Shown here: piece after piece, positions 1 to 8,011 of the stretch
Layout: each line of letters opens with the position of its first letter
Numbering within the stretch: position 1 is the first letter of the stretch
Source: an uncultured Bacilli bacterium
GTDB lineage: Bacteria; Bacillota_I; Bacilli_A; RFN20; CAG-826
DNA length: 64,000 bases
NCBI GenBank assembly: GCA_944369075.1
Contig: CALVXK010000002.1
Coordinates: 53,011-117,010, forward strand
Direction: 5' to 3'
The notes under the pieces: model-generated
The model's database searches: none
What the model saw: only the letters and a program-made list of their open reading frames with translations
Told to the model about the DNA's origin: nothing
Translations under genes and position numbers: made by a program

Positions 1-2
1 AT

Positions 3-482
3 GAAGGAATTATCGGTTGCTGTGAAGGCGATTTACCAGCATTAGTTTCAATGTTCATGGTAAGAAAAATCTTACATAAGCCATCATTCCAAGCTAACCC
101 ATCAAAAATTGATGTACCAAGCAGTGAAATGATTATCGCTCACTGTACACTTCCAACTAAGATGACTACATCTTATAAATTCATGACTCACTACGAATCT
201 GATTTAGGTGTTGGAATTAAAGGTGAACTCGAAGAAAAGAAAATTAGATTATTTAGAATTGGTGCAAACTTAGATAAATTCGTCTTCTTAGATGCAAATA
301 TTGAAGAAAACTTAAATTTACCAAATCTTTGTAGAACACAAATTAAAGTCCATGTTAACGGTGATATCTTATACTTCTTAAAACGTCCTTTAGGAAATCA
401 CCACATTATCTTCTATAGCGATAAAACTGATGAAGAATTAAGAGAAACTTTATTAGACTTAGGTCTTGAAGAAGTTAAATAA
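3..482 (+). CDS. Sugar isomerase, L-fucose/L-arabinose isomerase-like, C-terminal part (5' end outside the window)
   Basis: The frame is open from the window edge: EGIIGCCEGDLPALVSMFM precedes the listed Met. The GCxEGD motif and the C-terminal domain pattern match what I recall of the FucI-like family. The stop is followed by a hairpin terminator. Confidence 0.5.
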   Translation, partial: EGIIGCCEGDLPALVSMFMVRKILHKPSFQANPSKIDVPSSEMIIAHCTLPTKMTTSYKFMTHYESDLGVGIKGELEEKKIRLFRIGANLDKFVFLDANIEENLNLPNLCRTQIKVHVNGDILYFLKRPLGNHHIIFYSDKTDEELRETLLDLGLEEVK

Positions 483-504
483 TTAAAAATTTATATAAAT
501 TATT

Positions 505-537
505 AAAAGCTCCACAGAAATTTCTGAGGAGCTTTTT
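505..537. terminator. Bidirectional intrinsic terminator between convergent genes
   Basis: AAAAGCTCC (505-513) pairs with GGAGCTTTT (528-536), with an inner CAGAAA/TTTCTG palindrome. T-runs flank the hairpin on both strands. Confidence 0.75.
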
Positions 538-561
538 AAGTTACATATTTTTATTAAATAA

Positions 562-1578
562 TTACCTAGTAGATTTATCGTAAGGAATACCTTCGGCTTT
601 AGGCGCCCTAGATTTCTTCGAGAAGATAACCAAAGTAAGTAATGCAATAAAGTAAGGTAATAAGTAATAGAATGCTTTTTGTCCAAATAATGTATCACGA
701 ATTCCAGCAAGTTCGAAGTTAGAGAAGATTGCGGCTGTAAATGTTGGAGCAAATGCAAAGAAGAATGCGAAGAATATTGAACAGAATATAATGTTGGTTG
801 CTTTCCAGTTACCAAAGATTTCAATAGCAAGAACAAGGAAGCCATAACCAAGAGCATTAATTTGCCAAGTTCCTAAAGGCATACATGAGAAAATAACAAA
901 TCCTGCTAATGCAGCACTACAAGAGCCAATTGCTGTTCCATAATATCTCATTCTTGTAACATTAATACCGACAGAATCAGCAGCAGCTGGGTTTTCACCA
1001 CAAGCTCTTAATCTAAGTCCAAATCTCATTTTATTCATGACTAACCATAATACAATAATTGCGATTAATCCGATTAAAACTGATATATTTAAACCAGAGA
1101 AAGCTGTATCAATAAATCTATTACCAGTATTAATTTGAAGAACTGAAGTAAAAATATTATTTGCAGTTTCAGGAGAATCTTTACCAGTAACTGCTGTATT
1201 AACAATTGTACAAGCAGCAACAGCAAGGGTATTTAATGCAGTACCAACGATTGTTTGGTCAGCTTTAAGCTTTATAGAAACCCAAGAAAGTAAGAAAGAG
1301 AAGATTAATCCGAATAAAACTGCAACAATTGCTGCAAGTAAATAAGTGATAACTAATCCACCCATAGTTGTTACAAGAAATGTTCCTGCACACCAAGATG
1401 CCATACCTTGTAAGAAGACAAGACCAGCAAAGGCACCAAATACCATTGATCCTTCAAGAGCAATATTTATAATACCTGCTGATTCAGAGAAGAGACCTCC
1501 ATAAGAACCGAGAATAAATCCGATTCCATACATAATGAGGTATTTTACAAACATTCCATAGTCAGAAGCTGAAAACAT
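562..1578 (-). CDS. Nucleoside (BMP-family) ABC transporter permease, second subunit
   Basis: Multi-TM protein with an SESAGIINIALEGSM motif typical of this permease family. It is the last gene of the lipoprotein-ATPase-permease-permease operon. Confidence 0.8.
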   Translation of the reverse strand: MFSASDYGMFVKYLIMYGIGFILGSYGGLFSESAGIINIALEGSMVFGAFAGLVFLQGMASWCAGTFLVTTMGGLVITYLLAAIVAVLFGLIFSFLLSWVSIKLKADQTIVGTALNTLAVAACTIVNTAVTGKDSPETANNIFTSVLQINTGNRFIDTAFSGLNISVLIGLIAIIVLWLVMNKMRFGLRLRACGENPAAADSVGINVTRMRYYGTAIGSCSAALAGFVIFSCMPLGTWQINALGYGFLVLAIEIFGNWKATNIIFCSIFFAFFFAFAPTFTAAIFSNFELAGIRDTLFGQKAFYYLLPYFIALLTLVIFSKKSRAPKAEGIPYDKSTR

Positions 1579-1579
1579 A

Positions 1580-2767
1580 CTATTTGCCCTCCTCTTTTAG
1601 TTGCTTTTTAGTTTTATATCGTTTGAAATAATCTTTAAGCTCATTAGCATCATTCCATTTGATTAATAAAATATTAAAGAATGAAGATAAAGCTGCGATA
1701 TAAATAATGACAGCTTTAATTAATTCGGTATAGTGAATATTGTAATAACCATTAGAAACAGTTTTTAAGGAGTTTTTAGAAACATCAATTAATGTAAGTA
1801 ATAATGAAGAGAAAATACATCCAATAGGCGAGTTTTGTGCAATTAATGAAACAGAAATTCCGTTAAATCCATCGCTTAATAAAGTATTTGAAGATGAATC
1901 CCATAAAAATTTAGATGGAGCTCCTGGATCAGCATAAAGCATATAACCACAAATTCCAGCCAAAGCACCAGAAATAGTCAAAGCTAAAATTGTCGATTTT
2001 GTTTGATTAACACCTGCATATGTTGATGCATTTTTATTTCTACCAGTCATTTTAAGTTCAAAGCCGAATGTAGTCATATTTAAAACAACGAAGACAATAA
2101 TAACTACAAAAATAGCAATGATAATTCCAACGCTTACACCTTCCATTTGAGGGATTCCAAGAGATGGCATTTGGCCACTACTTGGCATCATTAATAATTC
2201 AGATGGGCTTGCTTTATCCTTAAAACTATTTGGAACAACTGTATTACCTAAAATACCAATAATATAATAAATAACCCAGTTAAGCATAATTCCTGATAAG
2301 ACTTCATTGACGTTAAATTTTGCTTTTAACCAACCAGGAATAAATCCCGCAATAGCACCACAAATTGCGCCAACAAGCATACAAACAAACCAGTTCATTC
2401 CTGATAAACCAGCAAGTAAGGAACAAAAAGCTCCAATTGTAACTTGTCCAGTAATACCGATATTAAATAAACCAAGTTTGAAGGCAAAAGCAATACCAAG
2501 ACCAGAGAAAATCATTGGAGTTGCTTTATATAAAGCTCTACCAAAAGCTGCTGGAGAAGTAAAACCTGTTGAAATTAAAGTCCAAAGACCTGCTCCTGCA
2601 GCATCAGGTTTAATACAAACCATGATGATAAAGCCGCAAAATAAACCAATTAAAATAGATAAAACACCTGCAATAACCGACCTAAAACCTTGCTTTTTAT
2701 TTGTTCTATGGAAGAAATTAGCTACAGGTCTAAAAGCATTTGAGACGTTTTGTTTAAAATTTGCCAT
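1580..2767 (-). CDS. Nucleoside (BMP-family) ABC transporter permease, first subunit
   Basis: Multi-TM protein with a GLFNIGITGQ motif. There is a 1-nt gap to the next permease and a 12-nt gap from the ATPase. Confidence 0.8.
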   Translation of the reverse strand: MANFKQNVSNAFRPVANFFHRTNKKQGFRSVIAGVLSILIGLFCGFIIMVCIKPDAAGAGLWTLISTGFTSPAAFGRALYKATPMIFSGLGIAFAFKLGLFNIGITGQVTIGAFCSLLAGLSGMNWFVCMLVGAICGAIAGFIPGWLKAKFNVNEVLSGIMLNWVIYYIIGILGNTVVPNSFKDKASPSELLMMPSSGQMPSLGIPQMEGVSVGIIIAIFVVIIVFVVLNMTTFGFELKMTGRNKNASTYAGVNQTKSTILALTISGALAGICGYMLYADPGAPSKFLWDSSSNTLLSDGFNGISVSLIAQNSPIGCIFSSLLLTLIDVSKNSLKTVSNGYYNIHYTELIKAVIIYIAALSSFFNILLIKWNDANELKDYFKRYKTKKQLKEEGK

Positions 2768-2779
2768 ACTTATTTCCTC

Positions 2780-4576
2780 CTATAAAACAGCGTTGACAGA
2801 ATCGCGTTTTGCACCACTCATATATAAGCCGAGTTCGTTTATGGTTACATCTTTAGGATTAAATTGTCCAACGATTTCGCCATTATACATGACTAAAATT
2901 CTATCAGCTAAATTCATAACTTCTTCTAATTCTAGAGAAACAAGTAAAACAGCATTTCCTTCATCTCTAGCTTTAACGATATCTTTATGAATTGATTCAA
3001 TAGCACCAACGTCCAATCCTCTAGTTGGTTGAACTGCAATTAATAAAGGTGTATGACGATTAAGTTCACGAGCAACAATTGCTTTTTGTTGGTTACCACC
3101 AGACATACTTCTAACAATTGTTGAAGTTCCTTGTGAAGATCTAATATCAAATTCTGTTACAAGTCTTGTTGCAACTTTATCTTTTTCCTTATTATTTATA
3201 AAACCAAATTTTTGGAATGGTCTATGAAAATAAGTATCTAAAACTAAGTTGTCACGGAGATTAAAATCAAGAACTAAGCCATATTTATGTCTATCTTCAG
3301 GAATATGAGAAACACCTGATTCATTTCTTCTTCTAACAGAAAGTGCTTCAAGGTGAATTCTTCCTTTTTGAACTTCTTCTAAATAGTTAGCCTTAGTCGA
3401 AACTTTAAATGTTGGTTTTTCGATTTCAAATTTCTTTTTATTTTTTCTAAAGAGATTTGCAAAAGAATGCCAACCACGTTTAAGTCCATAACTCATAACT
3501 TTAAAGATATAGGAAATTCCAGCACCAGTATATTTAAATCCATCGATAATGCTGGTTGTGAATTTGTTAGATTTAGGAATATATTTTTCTGCTTCTTCTT
3601 TGTTATTAACGTCAAAATTAATAATAGCAGAACCATTTTTCATTTTTTCTAAGCCAGTTAAAGCATAAATTAAATCAGATTGTCCATTTCCTTCAATGCC
3701 AGCGATACAAACAATTTCGCCTTTTCTTACATTGAAAGAGACATTATGAACAACATCTTTTTTCTTATCTTTATTATATACAGTTACATTTTCAACCGAT
3801 AAGACGGTATCTCCAGGCTTACACTCATCTTTTTGAACTCTAAGTTCAACATCTCTTCCTACCATTAATCTAGAAAGTTCCACTGGGTTAGTATCTTTAG
3901 TATTTAATGTACCTAGACATTTACCTCTTTGTAAAACTGTAACTCTATCAGAGACTTCCATAATCTCATTTAATTTATGCGAAATAAATAAAATAGATTT
4001 TCCCTCTTTGACAAGTTCTTTCATTGATTGCATCAATTCTTCGATTTCTTGAGGGGTTAAAACTGCTGTTGGTTCATCAAAAATCAAAATATCGTTTTGT
4101 CTATAAAGCATCTTTAAAATTTCAACTTTTTGTTGTTCGCCAACAGGCATATCATCGATTGTTTCATCTAGATCTACCTTAAAGTTGAATTTTGCACAAA
4201 GATCTTCAAGAGATTTTCTAACAACTTTTGGATTTAAAAAACCAAATTTTGTAGGTTCTGCGCCTAAAATAATGTTTTGCAAAGCTGTATAACACTCGAC
4301 AAGTTTAAAATGTTGATGGACCATTCCAATTCCTAAACGAGTAGCATCGTTTGGATTTTTAATCTTTTCAAGTTTTCCATTAACATAAATTTCACCTTCG
4401 TCTGGTTCATATAAGCCAAACAAAATAGACATTAAAGTTGATTTCCCTGCACCATTTTCACCTAAAAGTGCATGAATTTCACCTTTTCGTAAAGTTAATG
4501 AGATGTCATCGTTAGCTTTGATACCTGGGAAAGATTTACTTATATGTCTTAGCTCAATAACGTTATTTTCTTCCAT
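2780..4576 (-). CDS. Nucleoside ABC transporter ATP-binding protein with duplicated NBD and an internal insertion
   Basis: NBD1 has GENGAGKST and ILIFDEPT. NBD2 has GIEGNGQS, SGGNQQK and the IPEDR motif. About 75 extra residues sit between the NBD2 Walker A and IPEDR. Confidence 0.85.
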   Translation of the reverse strand: MEENNVIELRHISKSFPGIKANDDISLTLRKGEIHALLGENGAGKSTLMSILFGLYEPDEGEIYVNGKLEKIKNPNDATRLGIGMVHQHFKLVECYTALQNIILGAEPTKFGFLNPKVVRKSLEDLCAKFNFKVDLDETIDDMPVGEQQKVEILKMLYRQNDILIFDEPTAVLTPQEIEELMQSMKELVKEGKSILFISHKLNEIMEVSDRVTVLQRGKCLGTLNTKDTNPVELSRLMVGRDVELRVQKDECKPGDTVLSVENVTVYNKDKKKDVVHNVSFNVRKGEIVCIAGIEGNGQSDLIYALTGLEKMKNGSAIINFDVNNKEEAEKYIPKSNKFTTSIIDGFKYTGAGISYIFKVMSYGLKRGWHSFANLFRKNKKKFEIEKPTFKVSTKANYLEEVQKGRIHLEALSVRRRNESGVSHIPEDRHKYGLVLDFNLRDNLVLDTYFHRPFQKFGFINNKEKDKVATRLVTEFDIRSSQGTSTIVRSMSGGNQQKAIVARELNRHTPLLIAVQPTRGLDVGAIESIHKDIVKARDEGNAVLLVSLELEEVMNLADRILVMYNGEIVGQFNPKDVTINELGLYMSGAKRDSVNAVL

Positions 4577-4603
4577 ATTATTCTTTCCTTTTTTTAAAAA
4601 GAA

Positions 4604-4646
4604 GTTAATAGGCTAAGTTATCATAAAATAACTTTCGCCTATTAAC
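4604..4646 (-). terminator. Intra-operon hairpin (partial terminator/attenuator) between the lipoprotein and ATPase genes
   Basis: On the minus strand, GTTAATAGGC pairs with GCCTATTAAC (10 bp), with an inner AAGTTAT/ATAACTT helix. TTCTTTTT follows, then the RBS AAAGGAAAG of the ATPase gene. Confidence 0.6.
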
Positions 4647-4705
4647 TAAATTGTTTAATCTTTTCTTAGCTTAATCATTTAAATATTATAAATTATTTAC
4701 CAGAA

Positions 4706-6016
4706 TTAGCCAATATAATTTACGATACAGTATTGTGGATCAACACCGAAGTTATTTTCACTGAGAACAGTGTTATCAGAGAATGAGTTAACTTTAACTT
4801 CGCCACTAACAACTTTATTATAAATTTCTTGATATTGTTCTTCTGTGAATGTTTCGAATCCCCAGCAGCCTGGATCATTATCTTCTTCTGGAGTTGGTAA
4901 TTTACACATACCAGATTGAGAACCGACTGTAACAACTTCACCAGCTAATAAATCGGACCAAGCTCCATCGTTATCAACCCATGTAGTTAATAAAACTTGT
5001 GTAGCTTCTGTTAAGTTTTTCATAGCAGATGTAATAATTGAATCTCTGCTACCAATACTAGTATCTGCGTGTTGGTTGACGTCGACACCAATCCATGGAG
5101 CATTGTTGTTTGATTCAGAAGCTTGTAACACTGATTGATAAACAGCACCGCCAGAAGCAAAGATAACTTCTGCGTTACCATTTGCATACCAGTTAGTTGC
5201 ATATGTTGTAGCAGCAGCTGTAGCTGCGAATTCACCAGCATAATAATATTGAACTTGGACTGGTTCTTCTAAACCTAATTTTTGAGCAGCATAAGCAGCA
5301 CCTTGAACGTAGCCTGAACCGTATCTAACAACAGCTGGAACAGCCATACCACCAACGAAACCTAATTTTCTATAGCCATCCATGACAGCACCATAACCAG
5401 CAAAGAATCCGCCTTGTTCTTCTCTATAAATGACAGATGTGACGTGTTCTGTGTATTCATAAGGTTGGTAGTTATCGTTTTCTTTAACACAGTCAAGAGC
5501 AAGTAATTCAACGTCTGCGAAATCTGGATCGCTAATAGCTAATTCGATAGCGCCTTGGAATAAATAACCAGGTAAAACGATGACATCGGCGCCAAATTCA
5601 ACAGCTGCTTCTCTCATAGCAGCAAGTCTACCATTTGTATCATAGTCACCTTCAGCAGGTTGATAATATTGTGTATGAATTGTACCATCAGTAACAATAT
5701 TTTGGTCGTTGACTGTACCACCACCATTTGCAGTAGCGAAATTGTTAACACCATTCCAAGCTGATTCATTGAATGAGTGGTCATTTAATGTACCAGAGTC
5801 TGTAACTAAAGCAATTCTTAATGGATTTTCTTCTGTATATTTAGCAAGTTTATCTGCATCTGGTGTAATTTTTTCTCCGATATTGACTTCTTGAAGTTCT
5901 TCTACTGGAACACTTGTCCAATCACCAAGAGCAGCTCCTTGATCACCACATGATGTAGCAATTGTTGCAACAGCAGCTAAAGCTCCAATTGTGGCTAAAA
6001 TTTTATTTTTCTTCAT
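4706..6016 (-). CDS. BMP-family (PnrA/Med-like) nucleoside-binding lipoprotein
   Basis: Signal peptide with lipobox (IATSC). LVTDSGTLNDHSFNESAWNG is typical of the BMP family. It is the first gene of the ABC operon, with RBS AAGGGGG. Confidence 0.85.
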   Translation of the reverse strand: MKKNKILATIGALAAVATIATSCGDQGAALGDWTSVPVEELQEVNIGEKITPDADKLAKYTEENPLRIALVTDSGTLNDHSFNESAWNGVNNFATANGGGTVNDQNIVTDGTIHTQYYQPAEGDYDTNGRLAAMREAAVEFGADVIVLPGYLFQGAIELAISDPDFADVELLALDCVKENDNYQPYEYTEHVTSVIYREEQGGFFAGYGAVMDGYRKLGFVGGMAVPAVVRYGSGYVQGAAYAAQKLGLEEPVQVQYYYAGEFAATAAATTYATNWYANGNAEVIFASGGAVYQSVLQASESNNNAPWIGVDVNQHADTSIGSRDSIITSAMKNLTEATQVLLTTWVDNDGAWSDLLAGEVVTVGSQSGMCKLPTPEEDNDPGCWGFETFTEEQYQEIYNKVVSGEVKVNSFSDNTVLSENNFGVDPQYCIVNYIG

Positions 6017-6040
6017 ATTGTATTTTAATCCCCCTTATAT

Positions 6041-6083
6041 AAAGAAAAGTGCGGCAATCTTTTACATCCTATTCCTGCCACAC
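6041..6083 (-). terminator. Leader terminator directly upstream of the BMP lipoprotein RBS
   Basis: On the minus strand, (AA)GTGTGGCA pairs with TGCCGCAC(TT) and is followed by TTTTCTTT. It lies 25 nt before the start codon. Confidence 0.65.
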
Positions 6084-6121
6084 TTAAATTACATAAGTTG
6101 ATATATTAATCTTACTTTTTA

Positions 6122-6192
6122 AAATGTGGGTAGCCCCTAAACTTTGGCTTCAGGCTGGAAGTGGTGCTCCATTTAGCACCGATATACCCGTA
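6122..6192 (-). promoter_or_regulatory. Candidate riboswitch-like aptamer (junction RNA) in the BMP operon leader
   Basis: On the minus strand there is a closing helix GGGTA/TACCC, a hairpin GGTGCT-AAATGG-AGCACC, and a second helix AGCCTGAA-GCCAAAG-TTTA(GG)GGCT. The 3' flank CCACATTT is complementary to the 5' half of the terminator, AAGTGTGG. Confidence 0.4.
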
Positions 6193-6221
6193 ATAAAAGT
6201 AAACTCCGTTTACTTGCAAAG

Positions 6222-6250
6222 AATATATATAAATTGTTAAAGTTTTTCAA
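6222..6250 (-). promoter_or_regulatory. Sigma-A type promoter of the BMP operon leader
   Basis: On the minus strand, TTGAAA, a 17-nt spacer, then TATATT. The predicted start lies just upstream of the leader hairpins. Confidence 0.5.
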
Positions 6251-6332
6251 CCCTACCAAATATTATAAAGTAAGAAAAAGGCGATAAATATCGATAAAAA
6301 TCGTATTATTAAAATTATATTAAGTTTTACTA

Positions 6333-6695
6333 TTAATCCTTCCAATCACTCTCAGGATTAATTTTAATGTCTAAAGTTAACTTGTTATAAGCTAAAATAT
6401 CGCCTATATCTCTATAGATAAATCCATCTATATTAACTAATGGTTGATCATAGTTTCCTGTAAAAATTACTTTTTTATTTTTTCTAACAATTTCTTCAAT
6501 GGAATCTAAAATTTTAGAGAACTCCTCAAAATAATGTAATTTTAAATTTATTAATTGAGTGTAGAAATTTGGTTCGATATAAAATATCGATCCATCCTCT
6601 AAAATGTAAGAAGGTACAACTCCTTTATATCTAGATTCATTATTATAAGATTTATATTTAGAATCAAATTCATCAAATTTAAGTTTTGTTTCCAT
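6333..6695 (-). CDS. Hypothetical protein (120 aa)
   Basis: Intact ORF in the same orientation as its neighbours. I recognise no motif. Confidence 0.4.
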   Translation of the reverse strand: METKLKFDEFDSKYKSYNNESRYKGVVPSYILEDGSIFYIEPNFYTQLINLKLHYFEEFSKILDSIEEIVRKNKKVIFTGNYDQPLVNIDGFIYRDIGDILAYNKLTLDIKINPESDWKD

Positions 6696-6725
6696 GTTAA
6701 TTTCGTCCTTTCTTTTATTTATATA

Positions 6726-7196
6726 TTAATGATGATAGCTCTCATGATTAATAATTTTAAATGCTCGATATATTTGTTCAACTAAGAATAATCTAATTAA
6801 TTGATGAGGAAAAGTCATTTTTGAAAAAGTAATACTATAATTAGCTCTTTTTTTAATGTTATCTCCTAGACCAAGTGTTCCACCAATAACAAAAGAAATT
6901 TCTCCTTTTCCCATATTAATTAAATCATCAATCTTAGAAGCAAATTCCTCGCTAGTTAATTCATTCTTGTTTAAATCTAATGCAATAACATATTCACTAT
7001 CTTTTATCTTGCTTAGAAAATATGAACCCTCAAGTTCTTTCACATCTTTTTCGCTTTTTGATTGAAGTTTAACTTCATTAAGTTCAACAATATTAAGTTT
7101 TGCAAAGCGAGATATTCTTTTAGAATATTCTTTTATAGCCTCTAAAATGAACTTTTCTTTAATTGTTCCTATTGCATATATATTAATTTTAACCAT
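6726..7196 (-). CDS. rlmH: 23S rRNA (pseudouridine1915-N3)-methyltransferase RlmH
   Basis: 156-aa SPOUT-type sequence (MVKINIYAIGTIKEK ... GGTLGL ... SKMTFPHQL). Synteny next to a WalJ-like gene matches other Bacillota. Confidence 0.85.
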   Translation of the reverse strand: MVKINIYAIGTIKEKFILEAIKEYSKRISRFAKLNIVELNEVKLQSKSEKDVKELEGSYFLSKIKDSEYVIALDLNKNELTSEEFASKIDDLINMGKGEISFVIGGTLGLGDNIKKRANYSITFSKMTFPHQLIRLFLVEQIYRAFKIINHESYHH

Positions 7197-7200
7197 AAAT

Positions 7201-8007
7201 CTAATTTTCTTGTTCTAAAGTCAAAGGAAGAGTAGTCATTGCCCATTGTTTTGCTAAAACTAAATTAATTGAATGTGAAAGTTTTAATCCTGCTTGAGCT
7301 AATATTGCTAAAAAAGTATTTTTTGCAATATTTGGCTCATTACATTCTTCACTTAAATGAGCAAGCATTATAGAAATTGTATTTTCTCCTATTAAATAAG
7401 AAAGATATATTGCTGCTTGTTCATTAGATAAATGTCCCCTATAAGAAAGTATCCTCTCTTTTAAATCATAAGGCCTAGATGAAGTAATTAAAGCATAAAT
7501 ATCGTAATTTGACTCAAAATAATAATATTCTAGATTTCTTAGATAAGGGAGAGTTTCAAAAGGAAGATAACCAGTGTCAGTAATATAACCTAAAGAAACA
7601 ATACTTCCATCATTTTCTTTATGTTTAAATAAAAAACCAGAGCAAGCATCAACATCATGTGATGTTTTAAGTGGAATAATTATAAAATCATCAAAACGAA
7701 ACTCTTCAAACAAGTTTAATTTATGATATTCATCGATTTCTTCTATAACTCCATCAATACTATAAATTTTACTTTCATCTATAAATCTAAGACCTTTAAT
7801 ATGGTCTATATGACTGTGAGTTAATAAAATTAAATCTATGTCATCGATGCTTTTATTTATTGATTTTAAGGCGTTAACTAAGTCTTTTTTATTAACTCCA
7901 ACATCAATTAATATCAAAGTTTTCTCATCAAAAATTAAAGAAGCGTTTCCTTTAGAACCGCTCTTTATATTTATAAAATTCATACTAGTTTTTGAAAATA
8001 AATCCAT
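7201..8007 (-). CDS. MBL-fold metallo-hydrolase (YycJ/WalJ-like)
   Basis: HSHIDH (HxHxDH) motif. Size and position beside rlmH and dnaB fit this family. Confidence 0.75.
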   Translation of the reverse strand: MDLFSKTSMNFINIKSGSKGNASLIFDEKTLILIDVGVNKKDLVNALKSINKSIDDIDLILLTHSHIDHIKGLRFIDESKIYSIDGVIEEIDEYHKLNLFEEFRFDDFIIIPLKTSHDVDACSGFLFKHKENDGSIVSLGYITDTGYLPFETLPYLRNLEYYYFESNYDIYALITSSRPYDLKERILSYRGHLSNEQAAIYLSYLIGENTISIMLAHLSEECNEPNIAKNTFLAILAQAGLKLSHSINLVLAKQWAMTTLPLTLEQEN

Positions 8008-8011
8008 AATA

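Noticed and set aside
483-5241. Track ORFs lying inside or antisense to the nucleoside ABC genes: 483-857(-), 2307-2990(+), 3467-3652(+), 4720-4941(-) and 5020-5241(-). Similar cases elsewhere include 5709-5894, 6856-7065, 7838-8023, 8982-9167, 12587-12778, 13768-14103, 17399-17614, 20462-20677, 20999-21214, 30439-30975, 46112-46453, 47366-47826, 49441-49946, 53782-53976 and 57245-58278.
   Set aside because: Each overlaps a longer ORF with clear family motifs. Their translations are low-complexity or Leu/Ser/Phe/Lys-rich, as expected for the off-frame or antisense strand of AT-rich genes. None has an RBS or a recognisable motif.
4706-6016. Visibly GC-richer, Ala/Gly/Asp/Thr-rich composition of the solute-binding lipoprotein genes (4706-6016, 48770-49903, 56809-58335) and of the Mgl operon, as a possible sign of horizontal transfer.
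   Set aside because: In the CUT1 operon only the binding-protein gene shows the shift, while the co-transcribed permease and ATPase genes stay AT-rich. Extracellular-protein composition and high-expression codon bias explain this better than foreign origin. A codon-adaptation analysis would be needed to be sure.
6151-6165. The UUCCAG-containing hairpin (CUUC-CAGCCU-GAAG) in the BMP leader, as a PyrR binding loop.
   Set aside because: The PyrR consensus I recall is ARUCCAGAGAGGYU. Only UCCAG matches, and the AGAGAGG part is absent.
6121-6192. A plus-strand reading of the same structured region as a small SRP (4.5S) RNA or a tRNA-like gene.
   Set aside because: CAGGCUGGAAGUGGUGC only superficially resembles the SRP domain IV motif (AGGUCCGGAAGGAAGCAGC). 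The symmetric and asymmetric loop residues are missing, and there is no tRNA T-loop or anticodon arm. The promoter and terminator geometry fits a minus-strand leader.
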